Both the position numbers and the translations under genes were made by a program. The notes under the pieces were generated by a model, which searched no databases, had not been told where the DNA came from, and saw nothing but the letters and a program-made list of their open reading frames with translations. Of a stretch of DNA of 64,000 bases, positions 1 through 9,391 are shown in pieces. Position 1 is the first letter of the stretch. The number at the start of each line of letters is the position of its first letter. Origin of the DNA: an uncultured Bacillales bacterium (GTDB lineage: Bacteria > Bacillota_I > Bacilli_A > RFN20 > CAG-449); the NCBI GenBank assembly GCA_945873815.1, contig CAMCEE010000001.1:75897-139896 (forward strand), read 5' to 3'.

Positions 1-1
1 G

Positions 2-1159
2 AGAAGATGTGGCAAATCGTTCCTTCTCGATCCTATATATAAAGAATATTTAATGAGTAAAGGAATAAGTGAAAACCATATCATTAAAATAGATTTTGAT
101 GAACGAAGAAATACTAAATATCAAGACCCGGATGTTTTAGACGAATATATTAGGAGTTTAATTGTTGATGATGCCCAATATTATTTGTTATTAGACGAGA
201 TTCAAAAAGTAAACGATTTTGAATCGGTACTAAATGGTTTTTTGCATATTAATAATTTAGATATATATGTTACCGGAAGTAATTCTAAATTTTTATCGTC
301 TGATATCATTACTGAATTTAGAGGGCGTGGTGATGAGATTAGAGTTTTTCCTCTTACTTTTTCAGAATACTATTCTGTATTTGAAGGCGATAAAGAAGAT
401 GCTTGGGAAGAATATATAATTTATGGTGGATTACCAAAAGTAATTTCTTTTAAAAGTGAAAGTGAAAAATCTAAATATCTTAAACAATTATTTGAAAAAA
501 CCTACTTATGCGATATTGTCGAGAGAAATAACATTCAAAGAATAGATATTTTAAATTCATTAATAAATATATTAGCTTCATCAATCGGTTCATTGACCAA
601 TCCAAACAAATTATTAAATACATTCCAAAGTAATGGAGTTAAAGATTTATCGATAAATACTCTATCTTCTTATTTGAAGCATTTGGAAGATTCATTCATA
701 ATTGAAAAATCCGAAAGATACGATATAAAAGGCAAAAAGTATATTCAATCACCTTTTAAATTCTATTTTTCGGATATTGGACTAAGAAACGCTAGACTAA
801 ACTTCAGACAACAAGAAGAAACTCATATTATGGAAAATATTATTTATAATGAGTTGTTAGCTCGTGGTTATAATGTGGATGTGGGAGTTGTAACCATTCG
901 AGAAGGAGATGCAAAAAAACAAACTGAAGTTGATTTTATATGTAATCAATTCAATAAGAAGTATTACATTCAATCAGCACTTTCTCTTTCAACTCATGAA
1001 AAAACAATTCAGGAAGAAAGGCCATTATTAAATATACCTGATAACTTTAAGAAAATAATAATAGTAAAAGGAAACAAAAAAGCGTGGATTACCGAAGAAG
1101 GCATTTTAGTTATCGGAATTTTTGAATTCTTACTTAATAAGAACAGCTTGGATCTATAA
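2..1159 (+). CDS. AAA+ ATPase, COG1373 family (AAA_14 + DUF4143), 5'-partial at window edge
   Basis: The reading frame is open from nt 2 (RRCGKSFLLDPIYKEYL...), which matches the Walker-A region of the intact paralog at 35597 (IRRCGKSYLLNNIYKEYL). The ATG at 53 given in the ORF track is therefore internal. A DUF4143-like C-terminal half is present. Confidence 0.75.
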   Translation, partial: RRCGKSFLLDPIYKEYLMSKGISENHIIKIDFDERRNTKYQDPDVLDEYIRSLIVDDAQYYLLLDEIQKVNDFESVLNGFLHINNLDIYVTGSNSKFLSSDIITEFRGRGDEIRVFPLTFSEYYSVFEGDKEDAWEEYIIYGGLPKVISFKSESEKSKYLKQLFEKTYLCDIVERNNIQRIDILNSLINILASSIGSLTNPNKLLNTFQSNGVKDLSINTLSSYLKHLEDSFIIEKSERYDIKGKKYIQSPFKFYFSDIGLRNARLNFRQQEETHIMENIIYNELLARGYNVDVGVVTIREGDAKKQTEVDFICNQFNKKYYIQSALSLSTHEKTIQEERPLLNIPDNFKKIIIVKGNKKAWITEEGILVIGIFEFLLNKNSLDL

Positions 1160-1231
1160 TAAAATGTACTGTTAAAAATTCTATATTTACTAAAGAACGA
1201 AAAGTGAAAAGCAAATACAATCTATTATTAA

Positions 1232-1283
1232 TTAAAATCCTTAATAGGTTTCATCTAAATAATAAACCCGTTAGGGATTTTAT
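1232..1283. repeat. ~52-nt palindromic element, copy 1 (AAAATCCTTAATAGG ... CCCGTTAGGGATTTT)
   Basis: Imperfect inverted repeat with an ~18-nt loop, followed by a T-rich run on the plus strand. It is positioned as the intrinsic terminator of the upstream ATPase gene. It is homologous to the elements at 4326 and 5896. Confidence 0.5.
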
Positions 1284-1796
1284 TCTTCCTAATAACCATT
1301 ATCTCAAGTAGAATAATTTACGTTTTTCATTTTAAACTATAAACAATAGATTTATTGCTTGCCCATTTGAAATTTGTTTTAGGTCAATTTTTCCGTTTAT
1401 TGGCTATTGCGCATATATTAATTAATCTTTATCAGTGAAGAAAAATGCAAGAATTGCAAAAATATTCATTGGAACTTCATGTAAAAGAAAATCATATAAT
1501 GGAAAACATTATTTAGAAAATCTGCGATACCAATGATAACAAATCCATTACTATCTAAAAACTCCTCAAGTGGTCTATTTATTACGATAATTTTTTGAAA
1601 AGAATCATTTAGTACAATAAATAGGATTTGTCGAATCATGCGGCACCCAGATTTTTTTGTGTTGTGTTTTTCTTAAAAACGTATTAAGTCGCATAAAATG
1701 TGAATAATAAGAAAAATAAGTCCAAAAAAATGTGAATATCGATTGATAAAACACACTAGATGTGACATAATGGTATAAACTGAAGGAGGTATGAGT

Positions 1797-3092
1797 ATGG
1801 AACGTAAGATATATAAAGACTTGGTCGCTTGGAAAAACAGCTCTGACAGAAAGCCTTTGATACTGCAAGGCGCGAGACAAGTAGGTAAGACCTACATTGT
1901 CAACTACTTTGCGGGAGAAGAATATTCCAACAGTGTTTATTGCAATTTTGAAAAGGATAAGGGGCTTCACGACTTTTTCAAAGATCTAACTCCCGCGACG
2001 ATTATCAAGAAACTTGCACTGTATAAGAGGAAGGAGATTTTTCCCGAGAACACCTTGATTATCTTCGACGAGATCCAAGCGTGTCCCGAAGCCATCACCT
2101 CGCTTAAATATTTTAATGAAGAAGCAAATAACTATCACATCATCGCGCTCGGCTCTTTGCTTGGCGTTTCGGTGAATAGAGGTAACTTTTCTTTCCCTGT
2201 GGGTAAGATTCAGTTAATGACTCTTTATCCGCTTGACTTTGAAGAATATCTGATGGCAAAAGGAGAGCAGGGACTTATTGATCTGATTCGTGAGTGTTAT
2301 GAAAGGGATGCTCCTCTTGACAGTGCTTTCCATGAAAGAGCACTTGATTACTACAAGGAATATTTGTTTGTCGGAGGTATGCCCGAAGCGGTCGAGGAAT
2401 ACGAAAAGAATCACAACCCCGAGCTTGTTCGTATTATTCAGCAGACCATTCTTGAATCCTATCATAACGATATGGGTAAGTATAATAAGCAGAGCGAGAT
2501 TCCTAAAACACGTATTGTATATAAGAATATCAGTACGCAGCTTGCAAAGGAGAATAAAAAATTCCAATATAAGAATATCAAGCATGGCGGTAGAGCTTCT
2601 GAATTTGAGGGGGCTATCGAATGGCTTTGTCTTGCAGGTATTGCAAGTCAGAACTACCGTATTGAACAAATTATGCTACCGCTGAACGCCTACCGTTCTT
2701 TGTCCGATTTCAAGTTTTATATGAACGACGTCGGACTTTGCGGAGCAAGCCAAGATATTCATTATGAGGACATCTTGGGTGAAAATCCCTTGTTCGATAA
2801 CTTTAAGGGCGGACTTACAGAGAATTACGTTTTTAATCAGTTGACTATCAACAGACTAAGCCTTTACTATTGGACGAGTGGAAGTCAAGCTGAGGTGGAC
2901 TTTATTACACGTATCGGTGATGATATTATTCCGATTGAAGCCAAAGCTAAAATAAACACCCGTTCAAGAAGTCTCGGCGTATATGTTGACCGATACAAAC
3001 CCGCATATTCTATTCGTGTTTCTCAAAAGAACTTTGGATTTGAGAACAACATCAAATCCGTTCCGCTTTATGCGACTTTCTGTATTGTTTGA
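1797..3092 (+). CDS. AAA+ ATPase, COG1373/DUF4143 family (second subfamily), GC-rich
   Basis: N-terminal Walker A ILQGARQVGKTY and Walker B LIIFDEIQ, with the DUF4143-like C-terminal part. The ATG at 1797 has better RBS spacing (GAAGGAGG) than the ATG at 1791. GC content is visibly higher than in the flanking DNA. Confidence 0.75.
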   Translation: MERKIYKDLVAWKNSSDRKPLILQGARQVGKTYIVNYFAGEEYSNSVYCNFEKDKGLHDFFKDLTPATIIKKLALYKRKEIFPENTLIIFDEIQACPEAITSLKYFNEEANNYHIIALGSLLGVSVNRGNFSFPVGKIQLMTLYPLDFEEYLMAKGEQGLIDLIRECYERDAPLDSAFHERALDYYKEYLFVGGMPEAVEEYEKNHNPELVRIIQQTILESYHNDMGKYNKQSEIPKTRIVYKNISTQLAKENKKFQYKNIKHGGRASEFEGAIEWLCLAGIASQNYRIEQIMLPLNAYRSLSDFKFYMNDVGLCGASQDIHYEDILGENPLFDNFKGGLTENYVFNQLTINRLSLYYWTSGSQAEVDFITRIGDDIIPIEAKAKINTRSRSLGVYVDRYKPAYSIRVSQKNFGFENNIKSVPLYATFCIV

Positions 3093-3390
3093 AAGATGGA
3101 TATATGGGAAAAAAATAGCCTAAATGTGTAGTGGAATATAAACCTGCGGCATCGGGAGTTATTTATCCGAAATGGCTAAATATCATTTGAGTTCAATGGT
3201 GCCGTATGGTCGGCTAACAAGAGATAAAGATATACTCGCAAAGCTGTTTGGCGTTTCGTGGGTTATCTTTGAACGCGATTATGCTCAAATGATGCAGCTT
3301 CTATGGGATGATGCCACTATGCAATCTTGGAATCGTCATCGAATCGTTTCCGACGGGGCAATGTCTATCCATTTATGGAGGAGCAACTGA

Positions 3391-4226
3391 TGTCAGAGGG
3401 GTGTTGATAAAGAATATATCATCTCCCTACAATTAGATGACAGAATGAACATTCGTTATCGTGATCCTGACTTTTTATGTGAATATGTACATAGTAAAAT
3501 TGTTGACGAAAAGAACTATTTCATTTTGTTAGATGAAGTTCAGTATGTAAATGAGTTTGAAGATGTATTGAATTCATTTTTGCATATAAAAAATGCAGAT
3601 GTATATGTAACAGGAAGTAATGCAAAATTTCTATCTTCTGATATTATTACGGAATTTAGGGGAAGAGGAAATCAAATTCATTTATCTCCCTTGTCTTTTA
3701 AGGAATATTATGACTATTGCAAGTTAGATTTCGAGGAAGATTGGAATGAATATTCAATGTATGGCGGTATGCCATATCTTTCATTGTGCAAAACAAGCGA
3801 GAAAAAATTAAGTACTTAGACAATTTATTCAAAGAAACTTATATAAAAAACATTGTTAATAGAAACGCTATAAAAAATACAGAAGTATTGGAGGATGTGC
3901 TAAACATTATTTCCTCAAGTGTGGGCTCATTAACAAACCCTAACAAATTATCAAATTCATTTAAATCTATTAAGAATTTAAATGTTGCACCAAACACAAT
4001 TAAACAATACTTGGAATACTGTGTAGATTCCTTTTTGATTCAAAAAGCAAATAGATATGATGTAAAAGGAAAGAAATACATAGATACGCCACTAAAATAT
4101 TATTTTACTGATATAGGTCTTAGAAATGTCAGGTTAGGATTTAGGCAGCAAGAGGAAAGAACACTGATAAGAATAGATGATAGTTTTAGAAAAGTTATTG
4201 TTGGTAGTAATAATATTAGAAAATAG
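3391..4226 (+). pseudogene. Truncated and frameshifted COG1373 ATPase paralog
   Basis: Homology to the first ATPase begins immediately after an in-frame TGA at 3388, and the Walker-A half is absent. Two ORFs (3445..3819 and 3786..4226) together cover the paralog, with a frameshift at an A-run near 3790. Confidence 0.6.
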
Positions 4227-4325
4227 AAAGATGAAAATTGAATCTTGATTCTCGTCTTAAAAGAATTTTTAACTTGCCCCGATGAGATAAAATCATAATC
4301 TGATAGATTCAACATACATTTTAAT

Positions 4326-4378
4326 AAAAATCCCTAATAGGTTTGATACAAGTATCAAGCCCGTTAGGGATTAAAAAA
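4326..4378. repeat. ~52-nt palindromic element, copy 2 (AAAAATCCCTAATAGG ... CCCGTTAGGGATT)
   Basis: Same arms and loop family (..TTTGATACAAGTATCAAG..) as the other copies. A T-run follows the hairpin on the minus strand, so it can serve as terminator for the minus-strand ATPase gene 4420..5781. Confidence 0.5.
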
Positions 4379-4419
4379 ACAGTGAACAAATGATGAATAA
4401 AATGTCACTGTTTTTTATT

Positions 4420-5781
4420 TTATAAGCAAAATGTCATATATGCTGGAATGCAAATAATTCCATCATCTCTAATTGATAGATTTTTTGGGTGAATAATATA
4501 CGAATTAGAAATTCTCTTTTTGAATGTTAAATTGAATTTTTCAAGAGAAGTAGTTGTATATTTTTTTGACGATTTCACTTCAATAGGAGATATCTTTACA
4601 TTTGTTTTGTCACCACTAATAATTATGAAGTCAATCTCGATATCATTTCTATGTTTATCTTCGCTATAATGATTGTAAAAATACAATTTATGTCCTGATG
4701 CTACAAGCATTTGTGCGATTATATTTTCATAAAGCATTCCTTTATTTACAGATAGTTTATCTTGAAGAATAGATGAATAGATATTTTTTGCCACTTCTGG
4801 ATATTCATCAAAAGCATGAGAGAATAAAAGACCAGTATCGCTCATATAGCATTTTATATATGTTCTATCTTCTGTCAATGATAATCCAACATTAGGATCA
4901 TTGCTAGAAAAGCACTCATTGCAAATCATTGAATCTGCTAACCAAAAGAACGTTTCTTCATAGGCAATAGCTCTATTTGTAGTATCTAAAGAATTTATTT
5001 TTACTCTTTTCTCGTGACTAGATAAGAATCCTGGAATTCTATCGTAAATCGATAAAACTTTTGATTGGTAGTTTTGATCAATTTTCATTATGTCGTTTCT
5101 ATAAGTTTTAAGGATTTCTCTTTTTTCCTCATCGACATTTTCAAATTGCTTATTATCTTCAATATAAGCACTTACTACTTTAGGCATTCCTCCTACTAAA
5201 AGATATTGTTTAAATAAAAACATTGCTTTTTTATGTAATGGCTCTAAAAGTGGTTTTTTATCATTAAAACATTGTTTTATGTAATCAATTATTCTATCTT
5301 CTCCAAGTGCCCATGAAAATTCTTCAAAATCCATAGGATACATCTGGATAGATTTTTCTTCTGAAGGTATTAAAATATCTTTTGTGTTTTCTTTGATAGA
5401 AATTAAAGAACCAGTTTCAATATAATCATATCTTCCATCTTTGACCAAGTGCTTAATTGCTTCACGCGCCCTTGGAAAACTTTGTACTTCATCAAAAATC
5501 AGTAAAGACTCTCTCTTGTATAAAGTTACTCCATACTCAAGTGAAATCATTAAGAATAATGAATCTAAATCGTTTAAAAAACTATTAAAGCCTTCTTTTA
5601 TAGAAGGAGATGCTTTTGAAAAGTCAATCAAAACATAGCTTTTATAATTGTTTTTTCCAAATTCTTCTGCGATTGTTGATTTACCAATACGACGTGCACC
5701 TTCAATTAATATTGCCTTTGTTCCATTTGATTTGGTTTTCCAATCTAACAATTTATTGTATATTTTTCTTTTAAAAATCAT
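4420..5781 (-). CDS. AAA+ ATPase, COG1373/DUF4143 family (third subfamily)
   Basis: Walker A GARRIGKST and Walker B LLIFDEVQ, with a long DUF4143-like C-terminus. The N-terminus MIFKRKIYNKLLDWK resembles that of the 1797 paralog. Confidence 0.75.
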   Translation of the reverse strand: MIFKRKIYNKLLDWKTKSNGTKAILIEGARRIGKSTIAEEFGKNNYKSYVLIDFSKASPSIKEGFNSFLNDLDSLFLMISLEYGVTLYKRESLLIFDEVQSFPRAREAIKHLVKDGRYDYIETGSLISIKENTKDILIPSEEKSIQMYPMDFEEFSWALGEDRIIDYIKQCFNDKKPLLEPLHKKAMFLFKQYLLVGGMPKVVSAYIEDNKQFENVDEEKREILKTYRNDIMKIDQNYQSKVLSIYDRIPGFLSSHEKRVKINSLDTTNRAIAYEETFFWLADSMICNECFSSNDPNVGLSLTEDRTYIKCYMSDTGLLFSHAFDEYPEVAKNIYSSILQDKLSVNKGMLYENIIAQMLVASGHKLYFYNHYSEDKHRNDIEIDFIIISGDKTNVKISPIEVKSSKKYTTTSLEKFNLTFKKRISNSYIIHPKNLSIRDDGIICIPAYMTFCL

Positions 5782-5834
5782 AAAAGCAACCTCCCATACA
5801 TAATATTTTGCAAATACGCACTATAATTATAGGT

Positions 5835-5888
5835 GAAAAATTGCAATTACGCAAGTATATTTCATTGGGAAAATTGCAATTACGCATA
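5835..5888. promoter_or_regulatory. Two direct copies of an 18-nt motif (GAAAATTGCAATTACGCA) upstream of the minus-strand ATPase gene
   Basis: The two copies are ~33 nt apart and each contains the palindromic core ATTGCAAT. They lie 55-105 nt upstream of the start codon at 5781. I read them as operator/promoter-associated repeats; this is inference. Confidence 0.35.
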
Positions 5889-5895
5889 ATACATT

Positions 5896-5948
5896 AAAAA
5901 ATCCCTAATAGGTTTCACTTAAGTATCAAGCCTGCTAGGAATAAAATT
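5896..5948. repeat. ~52-nt palindromic element, copy 3 (AAAAAATCCCTAATAGG ... CCTGCTAGGAAT)
   Basis: Shares the loop ..TTTCACTTAAGTATCAAG.. with copy 2, but the right arm is degenerate. It is an orphan copy: no gene terminates at it. Confidence 0.45.
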
Positions 5949-6237
5949 TCCGAATAAAATAGCGTAGTTACAACGAGGTTAATTCCTGAATGTGCTACGC
6001 TTTTTCATTTGGCAAGTCGACTATGCCGATTTCGTTATAGAAGATATCGATTCTCATTTGTCTTTTTTAGGAATGTATAAAGTCGTTATTAGGTTTGTTT
6101 CTATTAACAAGTGGGATAATTTTGATCATCGTTTTTAGCATGTAACCACTTTTATTAGGTGTTTTTTTAAGTAATGTTCATATTCTACATATATTAATAT
6201 ATAATTAAGAAAAAATAACTATATGGGAGGTAATCCA

Positions 6238-7458
6238 ATGAATGATTTTATTTCTAAAAATACTTATTTTACTCGTTCAAGCGGTGATTTGATTATGCAA
6301 ATAAATGCAGAAGCAAATAAACAAAAAAGCGAAGGGAAAAAGGTTATTAATGGTTCGATAGGAATGCTCTTTGATGATGATTCAAGCCTTGCCTCTTTTA
6401 GTGTAGTTGATGAATATTTAAAGAAGAATATTAAGGAAGATAGTAAGAAATACGATTCAATAATCGGTAATAATAGATTTCAAGAAGCTATAATTTCATG
6501 GTTATTTCATAATAATGATTTAAAGGATAGATATTGTGATGTTATAGGAACAATGGGCGCAACTGGCGCACTTGCAGTAATTAATAAATGTTTCATTAAT
6601 AATGATGAAGCGATTATTCTTCCTTCTATTAGGTGGGGGAACTACGATTCTATCGCTTACGAAAATAACAATAAAGTGATGATATATAATCTTTTTAAGG
6701 ATGGTGTGTTTGATATAGATTCATTAAAGGAACAAGTTAATGAATCGTGTTTAATCTATAAGCGAGCAGTTGTTTTAATTAACGATCCTTGTCAAAATCC
6801 AAGTGGGTACTCACTTAGTAATGAGGAATGGGATGAAATCTTATCATTTTTAAAGATGAAGAGTAAGGAATATCCAATTGTATTAGTAGATGATATTGCG
6901 TATTTGAATTTTTATAGAAATAGTTATCGCGATGTATTTCAAAAACTCATTGATGCTTCAAGTGATAGATTATTAGTTGCAATTTGCTTTTCTTCATCGA
7001 AAACTCTTCAAATCTATGGTTTAAGAGGAGGAGCACTAATTGTCCTTACTTCAAGTAAGGAGGTTCATGAAGATATATTAGGAGTAACAAGGATTTATTG
7101 TAGATCAACTTGGTCTAGCCCTAATCATCTCGCGACAAATGTGATGGGAGAATTGTTCTTAAATGAAAGTACAAGAAATGCAATTTTAAAAGAATTAGCA
7201 TATTATCGTGATTTATTATATAAACGCGCAGAGATATTTATTCAAGAAGCAAAAGAAATAGATTTGAATACATGTCCTTATAAAGGAGGATTCTTCGTCT
7301 TCATTGAGGTAGATAATAATATTATAGTTGCAGAAAGATTAATGAAAAAAGGTTTATTTATTGTTCCTATGAGTGGAGGATTAAGAATATCAATAGCCTC
7401 CATTCCTACTAATGAGATAAGTGGAATAGCTAAATTGATTAAAGAAGCAATCTATTAA
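6238..7458 (+). CDS. Class I aminotransferase, AspC/TyrB (aspartate/aromatic) family
   Basis: The motifs GTMGATGAL, NDPCQNPSG and SSSKTLQIYGLRGG align to AspC QTPGGTGAL, HNPTG and SYSKNFGLYNERVG. An RBS (GGGAGG) precedes the ATG at 6238. Confidence 0.7.
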   Translation: MNDFISKNTYFTRSSGDLIMQINAEANKQKSEGKKVINGSIGMLFDDDSSLASFSVVDEYLKKNIKEDSKKYDSIIGNNRFQEAIISWLFHNNDLKDRYCDVIGTMGATGALAVINKCFINNDEAIILPSIRWGNYDSIAYENNNKVMIYNLFKDGVFDIDSLKEQVNESCLIYKRAVVLINDPCQNPSGYSLSNEEWDEILSFLKMKSKEYPIVLVDDIAYLNFYRNSYRDVFQKLIDASSDRLLVAICFSSSKTLQIYGLRGGALIVLTSSKEVHEDILGVTRIYCRSTWSSPNHLATNVMGELFLNESTRNAILKELAYYRDLLYKRAEIFIQEAKEIDLNTCPYKGGFFVFIEVDNNIIVAERLMKKGLFIVPMSGGLRISIASIPTNEISGIAKLIKEAIY

Positions 7459-7862
7459 TGAGATATAGCAATATGAACCAATTTATGTTGGACTTCATAT
7501 TGTTTTTCTTTTAGTAAAATTTATTGAAAAAAGCAGGTAGAAATAAAATTGATGAGATTGAAAAAATGACGGATGAAGTACATGATGCATTTTTTAAGGA
7601 GTTTTCAAAAGAAGAGATTGAAACGTATTACAAATTGTCGATTAAAGTGATGAAAGGAATCGAAAATCTTGATCATTATTTTATGATGAAAAAGAAATAG
7701 TTAGTTTATTATTCTTATTACAGCTTGACGTATTAATTGCTTATAGTATAAGTTTGTGCGCCAAGCATTCTTTTTTATATAGATAAAAAAACGTTAATGT
7801 TGTAACATAATAGAGTAGGTTTTAGGGAGAATAATAATTTATAGATTCAGGAGACTAATATT

Positions 7863-9287
7863 ATGGGTAACAAGTATGATGTAATTATCGTTGGCGCAGG
7901 CCCAACAGGTATCTATGGAGCATATGAATTGATGATAAAAGCTCCACATTTAAAAGTATTATTAATCGATAAGGGAAGAGATATTTATAATCGTAGATGC
8001 CCAATTCTTTTAAATCAATTAAAGCAATGCCCAGTTAATAAGAATGGAGAATCTGGATGTTCTCCAGCTTGTTCAATGACCGCAGGGTTTGGAGGTTCAG
8101 GAGCTTATTCTGATGGAAAATTTAATATTACTTCTGAATTTGGTGGTTGGATGACAGATTATTTATCAACTGATACAGTTTTAGATTTAATTAAATATGT
8201 TGATAAGATTAATTTAGAACATGGTGCGCCTAATGAACTAACAAATCCTTATACTAAGGAAGTTAGAGAGATTGAAAAAAAAGGTATTGCCGTAGGATTA
8301 AAATTATTAAGAAGCCAAGTTAGACATTTAGGGACAGAAATCAATTTAAAGGTCCTTCAATCTATCTATGAGAAGATGAAATCGCATATTGATTATATGT
8401 TTGCAACGGACGTTAAGGATGTTTTAGTTGAAAATGATGTTGTTAAAGGAGTCGTATTAAAGGATGATTCCATCATTGAATCTAAATATGTCTTATTAGG
8501 TGTTGGTAGAAATGGCTCTGAATGGTTGACTAGCGTTTTACTAAATAAGGGTGTTTCTTTCCATAGTAATAGGGTTGATATTGGTGTTAGAGTCGAAACA
8601 AATGACATTATTATGTCAGAAATAAATGAATATTTATATGAAGGTAAATTCATTTTTAATACTTCTGTAGGTACAACTGTAAGAACTTTCTGTTCTAATC
8701 CTTCAGGTCATGTTGTTATTGAAAACCATAATGGCACAATGTTATGTAATGGACATTCATTCCATGATCCTAAACTAGGATCGAAGAATACTAACTTCGC
8801 ATTATTAGTTTCACAAGAATTCGATGAACCATTTAAGGATGCAAATGAATATGCGAAAAGAATATCTAGAACGGCAAATAAATTATCTAATGGATCAGTT
8901 TTAGTTCAAAAATATGGGGATATTAAAAAGGGTAGAAGAAGTACAGCAAAACGTATTGCAGAAGGATTTGTCGAACCAACCTTGAAAGAAGCTGTTCCAG
9001 GAGATTTAGGTTTAGTTCTTCCATATAATACGATGAAATCATTGATTGAAATGGTAGAAGCTTTAGATACGGTTACTCCTGGTATTGCAAACGACCATAC
9101 GTTATTCTATGGAGTAGAAGCAAAGTTCTATTCTGATCGTCCAGAAGTTAATACTAAGTTTGAAACTAAAATCAAGAATCTCTATGTAGGAGGAGATGGC
9201 GCGGGTATTACTCGTGGACTTGCTCAAGCGGGTGCAAATGGTGTTTGGGTTGCACGTGATATTATTGAAAAAGAGAATTCAAAATAG
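7863..9287 (+). CDS. FAD-dependent dehydrogenase, COG2509 family
   Basis: N-terminal dinucleotide-binding motif YDVIIVGAGPTGIYGA and C-terminal GGDGAGITRGLAQAGANG, at a length typical for COG2509 proteins. Confidence 0.65.
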   Translation: MGNKYDVIIVGAGPTGIYGAYELMIKAPHLKVLLIDKGRDIYNRRCPILLNQLKQCPVNKNGESGCSPACSMTAGFGGSGAYSDGKFNITSEFGGWMTDYLSTDTVLDLIKYVDKINLEHGAPNELTNPYTKEVREIEKKGIAVGLKLLRSQVRHLGTEINLKVLQSIYEKMKSHIDYMFATDVKDVLVENDVVKGVVLKDDSIIESKYVLLGVGRNGSEWLTSVLLNKGVSFHSNRVDIGVRVETNDIIMSEINEYLYEGKFIFNTSVGTTVRTFCSNPSGHVVIENHNGTMLCNGHSFHDPKLGSKNTNFALLVSQEFDEPFKDANEYAKRISRTANKLSNGSVLVQKYGDIKKGRRSTAKRIAEGFVEPTLKEAVPGDLGLVLPYNTMKSLIEMVEALDTVTPGIANDHTLFYGVEAKFYSDRPEVNTKFETKIKNLYVGGDGAGITRGLAQAGANGVWVARDIIEKENSK

Positions 9288-9302
9288 ATTAATAGAAATA
9301 AT

Positions 9303-9327
9303 AGGTGAGAAATCACCTTTTTATTTT
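9303..9327 (+). terminator. Rho-independent terminator
   Basis: AGGTGA-GAAA-TCACCT hairpin followed by TTTTTATTTT. Confidence 0.6.
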
Positions 9328-9391
9328 GTGCTTATACAACAAATCGTTATTTTATAAATAATGCTATTATTGTTATATTAAGAGGTGCTTT

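Noticed and set aside
1605-1970. 121-aa minus-strand ORF.
   Set aside because: It overlaps the start and promoter region of the 1797 ATPase gene, and has an atypical composition and no RBS.
3172-3390. 72-aa ORF in the GC-rich block.
   Set aside because: No RBS and no recognisable motif. It is probably a remnant carried on the acquired segment, so it is mentioned only in the findings.
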